Positions 37,871 through 47,505 of a stretch of DNA of 64,000 bases are shown one piece after another. The stretch comes from Candidatus Versatilivorator sp. (GTDB lineage Bacteria > Acidobacteriota > Terriglobia > Versatilivoradales > Versatilivoraceae). The DNA lies in NCBI GenBank assembly GCA_965207735.1, contig OZ242296.1, positions 3,392,001 through 3,456,000 on the forward strand, read 5' to 3'. Below the pieces are notes generated by a model. That model searched no databases. It was not told the origin of the DNA and saw only the letters and a list, made by a program, of their open reading frames with translations. Positions within the stretch are counted from its first letter, which is position 1. Each line of letters begins with the position of its first letter. The position numbers and the translations under genes were made by a program.

Positions 37871-38401
37871 ATGAATCGGTTGTGGGTGCTGGCAGCCTTG
37901 CTTGTAGTCGCAGCGACGTTGAACGCCACTGCGGAACCTCCACCGCAGGCAGTCGATGCGAAGATACTGAACAAATGGCTTGGCGCCTGGAAGTCCCACA
38001 CCCTTCTCAAGCCTGCAGCCTGGTCGCCCACGTCTCAGGAACTGTCGGGAAACTCAAAGTCGGAGTGGATTCTGGACGGCCATTTTCAGGAGACATCCAG
38101 CAAGAGCGACACGCATAAAACGCGTGAGATTCATCGCTATGACGCCGACAGCAAGCGGTATCACAAGTGGACCTTCAATTCCGATGGCTCGCACAGCTTC
38201 TGGATCGGCGATTGGGACGAAGAATCCTCCACCATGACCTGGAAGTACGTCGATTTCGGCGTAGGCATCGAAGGAAAAATTGTGGATCGATTCATCAGTG
38301 ATGGAAAATACCGATCGACGTTGATCTTGAAGGACCGAGCAGGCGCCGTGCTCCTGGATATTCGCGCTGAACATGTTCGCACCGGGAAGCGGGCCCAGTA
38401 G
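37871..38401 (+). CDS. Secreted DUF1579-like beta-barrel protein
   Basis: Signal peptide; LGAW...EWILDGHF...YD....Y..WTFNSDG...G.WD...TMTW. Confidence 0.6.
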   Translation: MNRLWVLAALLVVAATLNATAEPPPQAVDAKILNKWLGAWKSHTLLKPAAWSPTSQELSGNSKSEWILDGHFQETSSKSDTHKTREIHRYDADSKRYHKWTFNSDGSHSFWIGDWDEESSTMTWKYVDFGVGIEGKIVDRFISDGKYRSTLILKDRAGAVLLDIRAEHVRTGKRAQ

Positions 38402-38454
38402 CGGCTGACAATCGGTTGCAGCCGGAATCATCACTCACACTCATGAATGCTTCC

Positions 38455-39585
38455 ATGAATACTTGTGTTGTCGGAGCCGGAATCTTCGGCATGGCGGCCG
38501 CGCTCGAGCTGCGCCGTCGCGGCCACGGGGTTACCCTGTTCGAACGCGGCCGCATCCCCAACCCCGAGGCCTCCAGCACCGATGTATCCAAGTGCATTCG
38601 CCGCACCAACTACCCGCACGAGACCTACGTGGAGCTGGCGAGCCGGGCGGCCGCCCAGTGGCGGGAGTGGCACGAGCGCACCAGTCGCTCCATCTACTTC
38701 CAGACCGGCCAAGTGATTGCGCTGAGCGGCTTCGGACCGGAGCACCCGTCCCTGACCGGCTGGGAGACACTGAGCCGGCTGGCAACCGATATACAAGAGT
38801 TGACGGTGAAGGAGGCTGAAGAGCGGTTTCCCCAGTTGGTTCTGACCGGCCAGGATCGCCTATTCTACGATCCCTGGGCCGGATACCTGCGCAGCGGCCA
38901 GGCGCTGGAGGATCTGGCGAAGCTGGCTCGGGACTCGGGAGTGACCCTGCGTGAGAAAACTGCAGTGGAAGCCGTGGAGGAGACCGGCGCCGGCGCCAGG
39001 GTCTGCTGGGATTCCGGCCGGCAGGACTTTGACCGGGTGGTGGTGGCGGCCGGCCCCTGGCTGGCGGAACTGCTGCCGGCCATGCGAACCCGGATACGCC
39101 TCACGCGGCAGCAGATGGCCTTCTTCGTTCCCACCGATCCGGCGCCCTTCCGGCGCGGCCGCTTCCCGGTCTGGTCGATCCTTTCCCCCGGTAATCTCTG
39201 GTACGGATTCCCCTACCTGCACGAGGGATGGGTGAAGGTGGCGGAAGACAGCAAGGTGGAGGACACCCGCGCGGACGTCTCGCGTGAACCCACGGCAGAG
39301 TTCCTGGAGTGGGCTCGCGAGTTCGTGGCCCGGTGCATCCCGGCTCTCAGCCGGGGAGAGCTGGCCGGCGGCCGCTCCTGTCTCTACACCAACATGGCCG
39401 ACATGGAGGACGAGCAGTTCGTTATCGATTGGGCGCCGGGGCGCGAACGGGTGCTGATCGCCGGCTGCGGCTGCGGCCACGGCTTCAAGTTCGGCGGCTC
39501 GATCGGGCCGGTGATCGCCGACGCGCTGGAGGAACGGGAGAATCCCCTGGGGAACCTGTTCCGGATTGGAAACCGGTTCCATTGA
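38455..39585 (+). CDS. Monomeric sarcosine oxidase/fructosyl-amine oxidase-like flavoenzyme
   Basis: VVGAGIFG, SSTDVSKCIR, AAGPW, CLYT (covalent-flavin Cys motif) and GHGFKFG; alternative ATG at 38443. Confidence 0.85.
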   Translation: MNTCVVGAGIFGMAAALELRRRGHGVTLFERGRIPNPEASSTDVSKCIRRTNYPHETYVELASRAAAQWREWHERTSRSIYFQTGQVIALSGFGPEHPSLTGWETLSRLATDIQELTVKEAEERFPQLVLTGQDRLFYDPWAGYLRSGQALEDLAKLARDSGVTLREKTAVEAVEETGAGARVCWDSGRQDFDRVVVAAGPWLAELLPAMRTRIRLTRQQMAFFVPTDPAPFRRGRFPVWSILSPGNLWYGFPYLHEGWVKVAEDSKVEDTRADVSREPTAEFLEWAREFVARCIPALSRGELAGGRSCLYTNMADMEDEQFVIDWAPGRERVLIAGCGCGHGFKFGGSIGPVIADALEERENPLGNLFRIGNRFH

Positions 39586-39605
39586 GGAAGAAAGGAGTGA
39601 CGGGT

Positions 39606-40607
39606 ATGGACGCCAGAAAGGTCTATGACGAAGCCATCGTGATCGACGGCCTGAGCATCAGCAACTGGGACAGCGATGCCGTCTTCCAGCGCCTGAGGAC
39701 CGGCAACCTCACCGCCATCAACGCCACCGTGGCCACCTGGGAAAACTTCCAGCAGACCATGGCTCACCTGGCCAGGTGGATGCGGCGTTTTCGCGAGCGC
39801 CAGGACATCCTGCAGGTCAAGGAAACGGCCGACATCCTCGCCGCCAAGAAGCAGGGAAAGACCGGCATCATCCTGGGATTTCAGAACGCCTCGCCCATAG
39901 AGAACGAGCTGGACCGGCTGGGGCTGTTCCTGGCCCTGGGGGTGCGGGTCATCCAGCTCACCTACCACGAGACCAATCTGCTGGGGAGCGGCTGCTGGGA
40001 GCGGTTCGACAGCGGCTTGAGCAACTTCGGCGTGGATGCGGTGCGGGAGATGAATAGGCTGGGCATCCTCATCGACCTGTCTCACGTGGGCCCCAAGACC
40101 ACCATGGAGGCCATCGAGATGTCGGAGCAGCCGGTCGCCATCACCCACGCCAATGCCCGCAGCTTCTACAACCACCCGCGCAATAAGCAGGAGGACGCCC
40201 TCAAGCTGCTGGCCGAAAAGGGGGGTGTGGTCGGAGCCACCTCATACACCCCCTTCCTTCCCAAGGGATACGATTCGACGCTGGAGGACTTCGTGGATGC
40301 CCTCGACAACATGGTGGAGCGGATTGGCCTGGACCACGTGGCCATCGGCACCGACTCCACCCACGATCAGCCGCTGGAGTTCTGGCATTTCATCGTCTCC
40401 CAGCAGGGCACCAAGTTCCCCTCCACCTTCGCCGACGGCTCGGTGCCCTACACCGAGATCAACTTTCAGCCCAAGGGGATCGACACCCCGGCCGAGTTCC
40501 CCAACCTGGCCGACGCGCTCGCCAATCGCGGCTACAGCGCCGAAGACATCACCAAGCTGTTGGGTGGAAACTGGCTGAAGCTCTTCGAGAGAGTGTGGAA
40601 TCCCTGA
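39606..40607 (+). CDS. M19 membrane (renal-type) dipeptidase family protein
   Basis: IVIDGL, GVRVIQLTY, MNRLGILIDLSHVG, THAN, RNK, AIGTD and KLLGGNW; AAGGAG RBS. Confidence 0.88.
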   Translation: MDARKVYDEAIVIDGLSISNWDSDAVFQRLRTGNLTAINATVATWENFQQTMAHLARWMRRFRERQDILQVKETADILAAKKQGKTGIILGFQNASPIENELDRLGLFLALGVRVIQLTYHETNLLGSGCWERFDSGLSNFGVDAVREMNRLGILIDLSHVGPKTTMEAIEMSEQPVAITHANARSFYNHPRNKQEDALKLLAEKGGVVGATSYTPFLPKGYDSTLEDFVDALDNMVERIGLDHVAIGTDSTHDQPLEFWHFIVSQQGTKFPSTFADGSVPYTEINFQPKGIDTPAEFPNLADALANRGYSAEDITKLLGGNWLKLFERVWNP

Positions 40608-40798
40608 AGCGGGTTCCAGCGGGGAAAGGTCACCCACCACAGCGGGTCAACTGGCTACCCGCGTTACGCAGGCCACTGGAATCAGCGGTTGGCAATTCTC
40701 CTGATTACCGGTTCCCGTTTGGCAATTTCGGGTCGATCAAGGGACGAAGCGATCGTCGCCTCAACCTCAGCGAACCAGCCCGCCCTCTTGCAGCACCG

Positions 40799-41011
40799 TC
40801 ACTCACTCCGCCTCACGACAGACCACAAGTAGAGGAGCATGCCGGCACCCACCAGTACCGCCCCCAGGCACAGGAACAGGAAGAATGAAAGCGGATGGTT
40901 CCAGTAGAGGGTGGCCAGTTCGATTCCCAACCCCGATGCGATCAGCAGTCCCGACAGTTGCAACCGCCCGACGAAACCCGGCCTCAAACCCAGCAATCGA
41001 AGAAGGCTCAT
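40799..41011 (-). CDS. Small two-TM membrane protein coupled to the NapC-like gene
   Basis: 70 aa with two hydrophobic helices; ATGA overlap with the cytochrome stop; GGAGG RBS. Confidence 0.65.
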   Translation of the reverse strand: MSLLRLLGLRPGFVGRLQLSGLLIASGLGIELATLYWNHPLSFFLFLCLGAVLVGAGMLLYLWSVVRRSE

Positions 41012-41625
41012 TGCGTCGCCTCCGGGTCCCATCGCCGGAACCGGTCCAGCTTTGAGACCTCGTGAACCAGGTTGTGACACATCAGACATGACTTTTCACC
41101 ACTGAGCAGTTGCGCCCGGAAAGGTGCATGAACTGACTGCTCCTCATAGGATCTGGCCCCGTCGTGGCACTCCAGACAGGCCCGGTTGTCATAGGGCTCA
41201 TACAACTCTACAGGGGCGGATGCCGAGCCCCAGAAGTTGTGCCACACATGCTTCACGCCGCGGATCTTGTCATCGAGGTCGCCGAACATGGTGTAGTTGG
41301 TGTGGCAGGTGTAACAGGCCCGGTCGGCGGGGATGCGCTTGTTCTGATAGTGGGATGCGGGAAGAAAGCGGGCGTGGTCAATGTACAGACTCTCCCCGTA
41401 GGGTTGAATGATGTGACAAGAAAGACAGAACCGGGTTGTCTTTGCCTGCTCGTAATGTCGTCCGGCGCCACCCAGAAGCAGCAGCCCCGGCAGCACGAAG
41501 AGAGCCAGGAAAGCCAGTATCCTGCCTCCAAGTGTGCCGGTCAAATCGGGCCTGCGGACAAGGAGCCCAACCAGCGCGATTGTCACGACCGCCAGGAAAC
41601 CCAGGCTGATGGCGTAACCGGTCAT
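41008..41625 (-). CDS. NapC/NirT-family membrane tetraheme cytochrome c
   Basis: N-terminal TM helices; CLSCH, CYTCH, CLECH, CLMCH. Confidence 0.88.
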   Translation of the reverse strand: MTGYAISLGFLAVVTIALVGLLVRRPDLTGTLGGRILAFLALFVLPGLLLLGGAGRHYEQAKTTRFCLSCHIIQPYGESLYIDHARFLPASHYQNKRIPADRACYTCHTNYTMFGDLDDKIRGVKHVWHNFWGSASAPVELYEPYDNRACLECHDGARSYEEQSVHAPFRAQLLSGEKSCLMCHNLVHEVSKLDRFRRWDPEATQ

Positions 41626-41649
41626 TGGAACAGGTCCCCGGAGCGTCGA

Positions 41650-42903
41650 CTAGTGGCTCTTGCGCAACTCCTGCGCCAGCATCTTGATCTCGGTCAAATC
41701 CTGCAGCATCTCACTCCAACCATACCAAAGCGCGTAATCGGGATTGTTGTGAAACACACCCTGAAAGGCTCGCATCCGGTGTTCCAGGTGCATCTTGAAG
41801 AGTCGCTGTTCGATCACCGAGGGCGCGTCGTGGAAAGCCAGCAAATCCGGGAAGTTGTAGGCGTAGTGCTCCGGCTTGCGCAACACCCCGTCACGATAGA
41901 GTGCGCCGACAATGCGAATTGCCTCGGCCAACAACCGGTCCGCCTCCCGAATCATTTCGTCGCCCTTCTTGAGCTCCGCTCGCACAAGATTGGCCGAATG
42001 GCATTGCTCGCAAACCTCGATCATGCGGTCACGCTCTGCCTGCCACTCTTCCTGGGTCAGGCGGGCGACGTCCGCTTGCTTGACGGCATCGAGACGCGCG
42101 GTTGGATTCCCCTGAGGGTCCAGGACCCCAAGCGCCTGAAGAATGGTGGTTTGATCCGCCGCCCACTGCGGGTCTTCCGGCAAGGGCAATCGCACGGCCA
42201 GGAATCCCCAGGCGGTCCGAACACCGTGGTCCCCCTGCGGCATGTGACACGTTTGGCAGGTGGGGGCCGCAGCCTCCTCCGGTAGCGTTCCGTTCTGCTT
42301 GAGGAGGTGCCGAACTCCATGCTTGGATGAGGAGTACATTTCCCATTGTGGATGATCCATGCCCATGTGGCAGGTCCGGCATGCCTGCGGTTCCCGAGCT
42401 TCCTTGACGGAAAACAGGTGACGGGTGTGGCAGGCATCGCACGAGGCGAGCCCGAACATCACACCATCCGCCCTCAACTCCCGGATCTCCTCTTCACTCT
42501 TCAGCCCCAGACGATGGCACCCGCCGCAGCCTTTCATGCCTTCGGTCATGGCCATCGGAAGCCAATGCGTCGTCGGCATGGCGTTCATGCTGACCCAGGC
42601 CAGAGCGTGCTTGCCGCCTGCGAACTGCTTCGTCTGGATCGGATGGCATGTGCCACAGACTTCCGGTGTGGCCGTCTTGACCAATGCCACATCGTCCGCC
42701 GTGCGATGCCGGTTTCCATGACAAAGGGAGCAATCCACCCCTTCCGTGCTGTGCCGGCTCAGTTCCCAATCCGTGACGATGTTGGGCGTCGCGTCACGGT
42801 GGCACTCGACACAATCCGACGACGCGCGAGGTGTATCTTTCCCGCTGCCACAGGCTGTCAGAGCCATAACGACCAACAGCAGGCATCCGTGTTTCCAACG
42901 CAT
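41650..42903 (-). CDS. Octaheme HAO-family cytochrome c lipoprotein
   Basis: Lipobox LTAC; eight CxxCH (CVECH, CSLCH, CGTCH, CGGCH, CDACH, CRTCH, CQTCH, CEQCH); HTRHLFS, DHPQWE.Y..SKHG and HNNPDY motifs. Confidence 0.85.
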   Translation of the reverse strand: MRWKHGCLLLVVMALTACGSGKDTPRASSDCVECHRDATPNIVTDWELSRHSTEGVDCSLCHGNRHRTADDVALVKTATPEVCGTCHPIQTKQFAGGKHALAWVSMNAMPTTHWLPMAMTEGMKGCGGCHRLGLKSEEEIRELRADGVMFGLASCDACHTRHLFSVKEAREPQACRTCHMGMDHPQWEMYSSSKHGVRHLLKQNGTLPEEAAAPTCQTCHMPQGDHGVRTAWGFLAVRLPLPEDPQWAADQTTILQALGVLDPQGNPTARLDAVKQADVARLTQEEWQAERDRMIEVCEQCHSANLVRAELKKGDEMIREADRLLAEAIRIVGALYRDGVLRKPEHYAYNFPDLLAFHDAPSVIEQRLFKMHLEHRMRAFQGVFHNNPDYALWYGWSEMLQDLTEIKMLAQELRKSH

Positions 42904-43279
42904 TGGTCTGTTTCCTCCTGGTTGCAACAGGATCACAGTTGCCGCCGGCCGGTGTTTCTCCGGAATCGCGATTCTCGCCCTCGACCGGCGATCCGATCTG
43001 CTTCTTTCTATAATATGCCACGCGCCATTGCGCAACTTGACCCGGAACTGGCCCGGGGCGGCAAGCCGTCGCTCCAACCGGAACCCCTCGTCGGAACCCG
43101 GTTCGAATATCAGAATAGAAACGGAAAGGTGGAACAGCGCAAGTCCTTAAATACAGGTCATAAACCACCAGCCCCCGGGCGGTTCAGCGCTCGGGGTGTG
43201 GCGTTCACTGACAGGTTGCCGGACTTGGCGGATGGCCATTGGTCTCACTGGGATCTTCAGGCAAAACCAACCTCAATGT

Positions 43280-44245
43280 TTACTGCCTCACGTATTTGCG
43301 CAGCACCTTGGAGCCGGGCGGGGCTTGGCGTTTGGTGTAGGAAAAGGTGACCTGGCCGACGTAGATGTCTCCGTGGGAATCCACCGCCACCGAATGGGGA
43401 GAGAAAAAGCGTCCCGTGCCGTAGGGATCCTCCTCGCACCACTCGGCCAGGATGGCACCGTCCGCGGCCCTGACGGTCATACGGGCGGCGGGCTTGTCCA
43501 GGCGGGCCTCGCGGCCATACATGAAGATGCCGCCGATTTCGGCCACGCAGAAGTTATGTTCCCGATCCTGGCACAAATCGTTGGGCCACCACACTTCGGT
43601 CCACTGGTCCAGGTATTCCCCATCGGGCGAGAAGATCTGGATGCGCGAGTTCTGGCGGTCGGCCACGTAGACCTTCCCTTCCGGATCCACGTAGACGCCA
43701 TGAGGCTGGTTGAATTGGGAGGGGCCGTCTCCAGGGTCTCCCCAGGAGAGCAGCAACTGACCGTCCGGGCTGAACTTGTGCACCCGGGCATTGCCGTATC
43801 CGTCTGAGACGAACAAATTTCCGTCGGGAGCCAGGGCCACGTCGGTGGGGGTGTTGAAGGGCGGGCCGGAACGCAGGATGGACTGGTGGTCGGTGCCGTT
43901 GTAACCGGTGTCGGCCACGCCGTCGGAGGGAGCCAGGGTCATCAGCAGCTCTCCCTCCGGCGTAAACTTGTGAACCCGGTGCCCGTTGTCGTCCACGCAG
44001 TAAACGGAGTCATCGGGGCCGATGAAGATCATGTGGGGCCTCACGAAGCGCCCCTTCCCCCAGGAGTCCAGATAGCTGCCGTCCCGGCCGAAGATCACCA
44101 CCGGATTTTCGGCGCGGCAGAACGCGTAGACCCGGTCCCGCGAGTCCACCGCGATCCCCGGGACTTCTCCCAGGTCCCACCCCGCGGGCAGCTTGGCCCA
44201 ACCCTCCGCCTCTTCATATGTCAACTGACCGGATCCAAGTTTCAC
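43280..44245 (-). CDS. NHL-repeat protein (peptidyl-alpha-hydroxyglycine lyase-like)
   Basis: Repeated F..P.GIAVD/PTDVA...DGYGNARVHKF and ADRQNSRIQIF units. Confidence 0.85.
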   Translation of the reverse strand: MKLGSGQLTYEEAEGWAKLPAGWDLGEVPGIAVDSRDRVYAFCRAENPVVIFGRDGSYLDSWGKGRFVRPHMIFIGPDDSVYCVDDNGHRVHKFTPEGELLMTLAPSDGVADTGYNGTDHQSILRSGPPFNTPTDVALAPDGNLFVSDGYGNARVHKFSPDGQLLLSWGDPGDGPSQFNQPHGVYVDPEGKVYVADRQNSRIQIFSPDGEYLDQWTEVWWPNDLCQDREHNFCVAEIGGIFMYGREARLDKPAARMTVRAADGAILAEWCEEDPYGTGRFFSPHSVAVDSHGDIYVGQVTFSYTKRQAPPGSKVLRKYVRQ

Positions 44246-44513
44246 TGGTTTCGTTCCTCCCTGGTTGATGTTGGCCCGCGAGTAACACCTTTACTTACAG
44301 CCTTCACCGGTGAGTAGTCCGGGCCGGAAAGCCCAATACTAGGAGGTTGGCACAGGAGAGTCAACGACGGAGGACCAATGTTTGACACCCGGCGGCGCCA
44401 TCCCCTAAACTCGCCCGCAGCCAGCCCACACTCCATTCGAGGCGCCATTCCGATGTCCGTCGAAGCCTTCGACGGGCGGCAGAGCCTCCCTGGCGGGCCC
44501 ATCGAGGAGGGAC

Positions 44514-45584
44514 GTGATGATCGCCGCCGTTCTCAGACAACTGGGGCGCGCTCTGGAGATCGAGGAGAAGCCCCGGCCCGCATTCGGAGCCGAAGAAGCC
44601 CTGATCCAGGTAATGGCCTGCGGCACCGACGGCACCGACCTGAAGATTGTGGACGGATTCGGCTACAGCCCCGAACTCCCCGCCATCCTGGGCCACGAGG
44701 TGGCCGGCGTGGTCTCCGAGGTGGGAGATCGGGTAAACCAGGTAAAGCCGGGCGACCGGGTGGTGGTCTACAACTTCTCCACCTGCGGCCGCTGCCGCAT
44801 GTGCCGGACCCACCGCGAACAACTCTGTCCCCACATGACGGGGGTCCTGGGAGCCAAGGACCGGGGCGGCCACGCCGAATTCCTGGCCATTCCGGCCCGA
44901 CAACTGGTCCCGCTGCCCGACAACATCCCCTGGCCGGAAGCGGCCGTGCTGGCCGATGCCCGCATCACCGCCCTGCACGCCGTGGACCGGGCCGGAGTGG
45001 GGTTGAATGACCGCATCGTCATCTTCGGAGCCGGGGGTGTGGGCCTCTCGGCCATTCAGATCTCCAAACTGGCCGGCGCCAGCGTCCTGGCCGTGGACCG
45101 GGTCGCGGAAAAGACCGATTTCGCCCTCCGGATGGGAGCCGACTTGGCCATCGACTCCACCCGTGGGGACGTCCAGCAGGCCGTCCGGGAATTTACCCGG
45201 GGGGAGGGAGCCGACGGTGTGATCGACTGCGTCGGGGTGGAGCAGACCCTGGCGGCCGGGGTGGACAGCCTTCGCCCCGGGGGACGCCTCACCGTGGTGG
45301 GCTACACGCCCGAGACCTACGGGCTGAACGGAAAACGGCTGGCGCAGAATGAACTGGAGATCGTCGGCACCCGTTGCGGCCGCCTGCAGGACCTGATAGG
45401 CGCGGTGCAACTGACGGCGGAGAACAAGTTGAAACCCCTGGTCACCCACCCCTATCCGCTGGAGGAAATCAACCGGGCCATGGCGGACCTGAGGGCTGGC
45501 AAGGTGCTGGGCCGAGCCGTCCTGCTGACGCCGGCCGGACGGGAAGCCATGGGACACCCGGCAACCTCGTCCGGGGATTCCTGA
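44514..45584 (+). CDS. Zn-dependent MDR alcohol dehydrogenase
   Basis: GHEVAG, CGRCRMC...C structural Zn site, GAGGVG. Confidence 0.9.
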   Translation: MMIAAVLRQLGRALEIEEKPRPAFGAEEALIQVMACGTDGTDLKIVDGFGYSPELPAILGHEVAGVVSEVGDRVNQVKPGDRVVVYNFSTCGRCRMCRTHREQLCPHMTGVLGAKDRGGHAEFLAIPARQLVPLPDNIPWPEAAVLADARITALHAVDRAGVGLNDRIVIFGAGGVGLSAIQISKLAGASVLAVDRVAEKTDFALRMGADLAIDSTRGDVQQAVREFTRGEGADGVIDCVGVEQTLAAGVDSLRPGGRLTVVGYTPETYGLNGKRLAQNELEIVGTRCGRLQDLIGAVQLTAENKLKPLVTHPYPLEEINRAMADLRAGKVLGRAVLLTPAGREAMGHPATSSGDS

Positions 45585-45616
45585 GCGCCGTCCGAGACTC
45601 TACCCTCCATCCCTCC

Positions 45617-46981
45617 TTACCCAACCAGGTGCCCAAGCAGCGTATAGGCAGCCACGCAGAGCGTGAGCCCCCCGGACAGCCACAGCAGCCCGTCGATCCA
45701 GGGTGAGGGACCGATCCCGCGATCCAGCCGGCGGTAGCGCAGGTAAAGAATGGAGCAGGCAATGACGGGCAACATGCCGGTCTGCACCACTCCTCCCACA
45801 ACGATGAGCTGTACCGGCTGTTCCGGAAAGGCCAGGAAGATGGTGGCATAGACCACCGCCCAGAAGACCTGCATGCCTCTTCGCCAGCGGCTCCGCTGCA
45901 GCGGACGGTCTCCCGAGACGAAGCCGAAGACGGTAAGGCAGTCCAGCCCCATGATGGCGTTGGCCGCCACCGAGGCGAACAGGGTGGAGTAGAGAGTAAT
46001 CAAGGCTCCGGTAAGAAAAACCAAGTAGCCCCAGGGACCGAAAATTCCGGTAAAGGTCCCGGAAAGGGTATCGATCATCTGGCCGCCTTCCGGCACCAGC
46101 CCCTGGCGGTGAAGGACGGCGGCGCCCAGGAAGTAAAAGGCAACCGTGATGACGGTGTAGACGCTCATGGCCATCAAGGCATCCAGTTGCATCACCCGGA
46201 TCCAGCCCCTCGCCCGCGCGTACCAGTCCGGCTGGCTGCTGCGGGGTCCGATATGGCGAGCGTATCCCTTTTCCAGGCACCAGTTGGGGTAGGCAAAGAG
46301 ATCGGACGTCCCCACCCCGGTCAGCCCGAAAAGGGCAAATGCCAAGGCCAGCCCCCCTTGCGCCGGCAATTGAAAGGTCAGCCCCTCCCAGACATTTTCC
46401 GGAGACACGGCGTGGCCCGACCATTGCAGGGCCCCTGCCGCCACCACGGTGGTCAGGCTGAAAGCCAACACCATCAGCATGGAACCGCGCTCCACCACGC
46501 CGTAGCCGCCGCTGAGCAGGATTCCCAATGTCACCAGGCAGGCAATGACTCCCCAGGCGGTGACACTCACCTGCGGAAGCAGCAGATGGAGGCACTGAGC
46601 TACCCCAGCGACGATTCCCCCCACCAGGCTGGAGGAAATCAAGGTGCTGCAGAGCCAGCCCCAGACCACCCAGGAGGCTCGCCAGCGGGGACCCGGAATC
46701 CGGTCCACCGACATGAGCGACGAGTCCCCGGATGAGATGGCGTAGCGTCCGATCTCCACCTGCAGAACCACCTTGGAGACGCAGCTCAACAGGATCAGCC
46801 ACAGCGCCGCAAAGCCCAGTCTGGCTCCCAGCGTGGTGGTGACGATCAGCTCGCCCGAGCCCACGATCCCGGCGGTCAGGATGAGAGAAGGACCGACTTG
46901 GCGAAGACGACCCAGGAAGTCGCTGGGAGGGGGCAGGGTCACGGCAGGCCCGCTGTCGGCGGATCGGTGGGTTATTGCCAT
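45617..46981 (-). CDS. Nramp-like/APC-superfamily transporter
   Basis: GPSLILTAGIVGSGELI, EIGRY and YPNWCLEKGY; about 11 TM helices. Confidence 0.8.
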   Translation of the reverse strand: MAITHRSADSGPAVTLPPPSDFLGRLRQVGPSLILTAGIVGSGELIVTTTLGARLGFAALWLILLSCVSKVVLQVEIGRYAISSGDSSLMSVDRIPGPRWRASWVVWGWLCSTLISSSLVGGIVAGVAQCLHLLLPQVSVTAWGVIACLVTLGILLSGGYGVVERGSMLMVLAFSLTTVVAAGALQWSGHAVSPENVWEGLTFQLPAQGGLALAFALFGLTGVGTSDLFAYPNWCLEKGYARHIGPRSSQPDWYARARGWIRVMQLDALMAMSVYTVITVAFYFLGAAVLHRQGLVPEGGQMIDTLSGTFTGIFGPWGYLVFLTGALITLYSTLFASVAANAIMGLDCLTVFGFVSGDRPLQRSRWRRGMQVFWAVVYATIFLAFPEQPVQLIVVGGVVQTGMLPVIACSILYLRYRRLDRGIGPSPWIDGLLWLSGGLTLCVAAYTLLGHLVG

Positions 46982-47252
46982 TTGTTATCGCCCCGGTCGG
47001 GCGGGCCAATTTTCCGTTACCGGCCGCCAGAGGTTTCTTGGCAATGGCGGCCGGTGCGGCGAATCTCTTGATTGCGATTTCCGGCAGGACTTGAATGTCC
47101 GTGGCGGCACTGATTCTCACAACGCGAAACCAATTACATTTCCCTCATAGCCTCAGCCACTTTATGGCCGCAAGTCTCTCGAATTTCTCTTGGGCTTTGC
47201 TATCGATCTGCAAAACCTCATCGGGTGCGACCTGGTGAGAAATGCTGTCCAA

Positions 47253-47329
47253 CCACAAAAAGCACAAAAGTCACAAAACGAATTTTTTTATCTCGTTCCG
47301 CTCTTTTTGTGCTTTTGTGCCTTTTGTGG
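47253..47329. repeat. Inverted repeat with periodic CACAAAA arms
   Basis: CCACAAAAAG-CACAAAAGT-CACAAAA ... TTTTTGTG-CTTTTGTG-CCTTTTGTGG. Confidence 0.8.
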
Positions 47330-47505
47330 CCATTCCCCGCAACGATCCACCGGCCAACCTCAATTCCACAGTCCGCATCCATCTCCCGTGCTAAGATTCA
47401 ATCAGGGGAGGCGGCTTCCCCCTGATTTCTTCCTCGCCGGAGGAACGGTAGCAGCCGGCGGTCGGACGCCCCGGTCTCCAACCGGGAACCAGTGGAGGTA
47501 ACACG

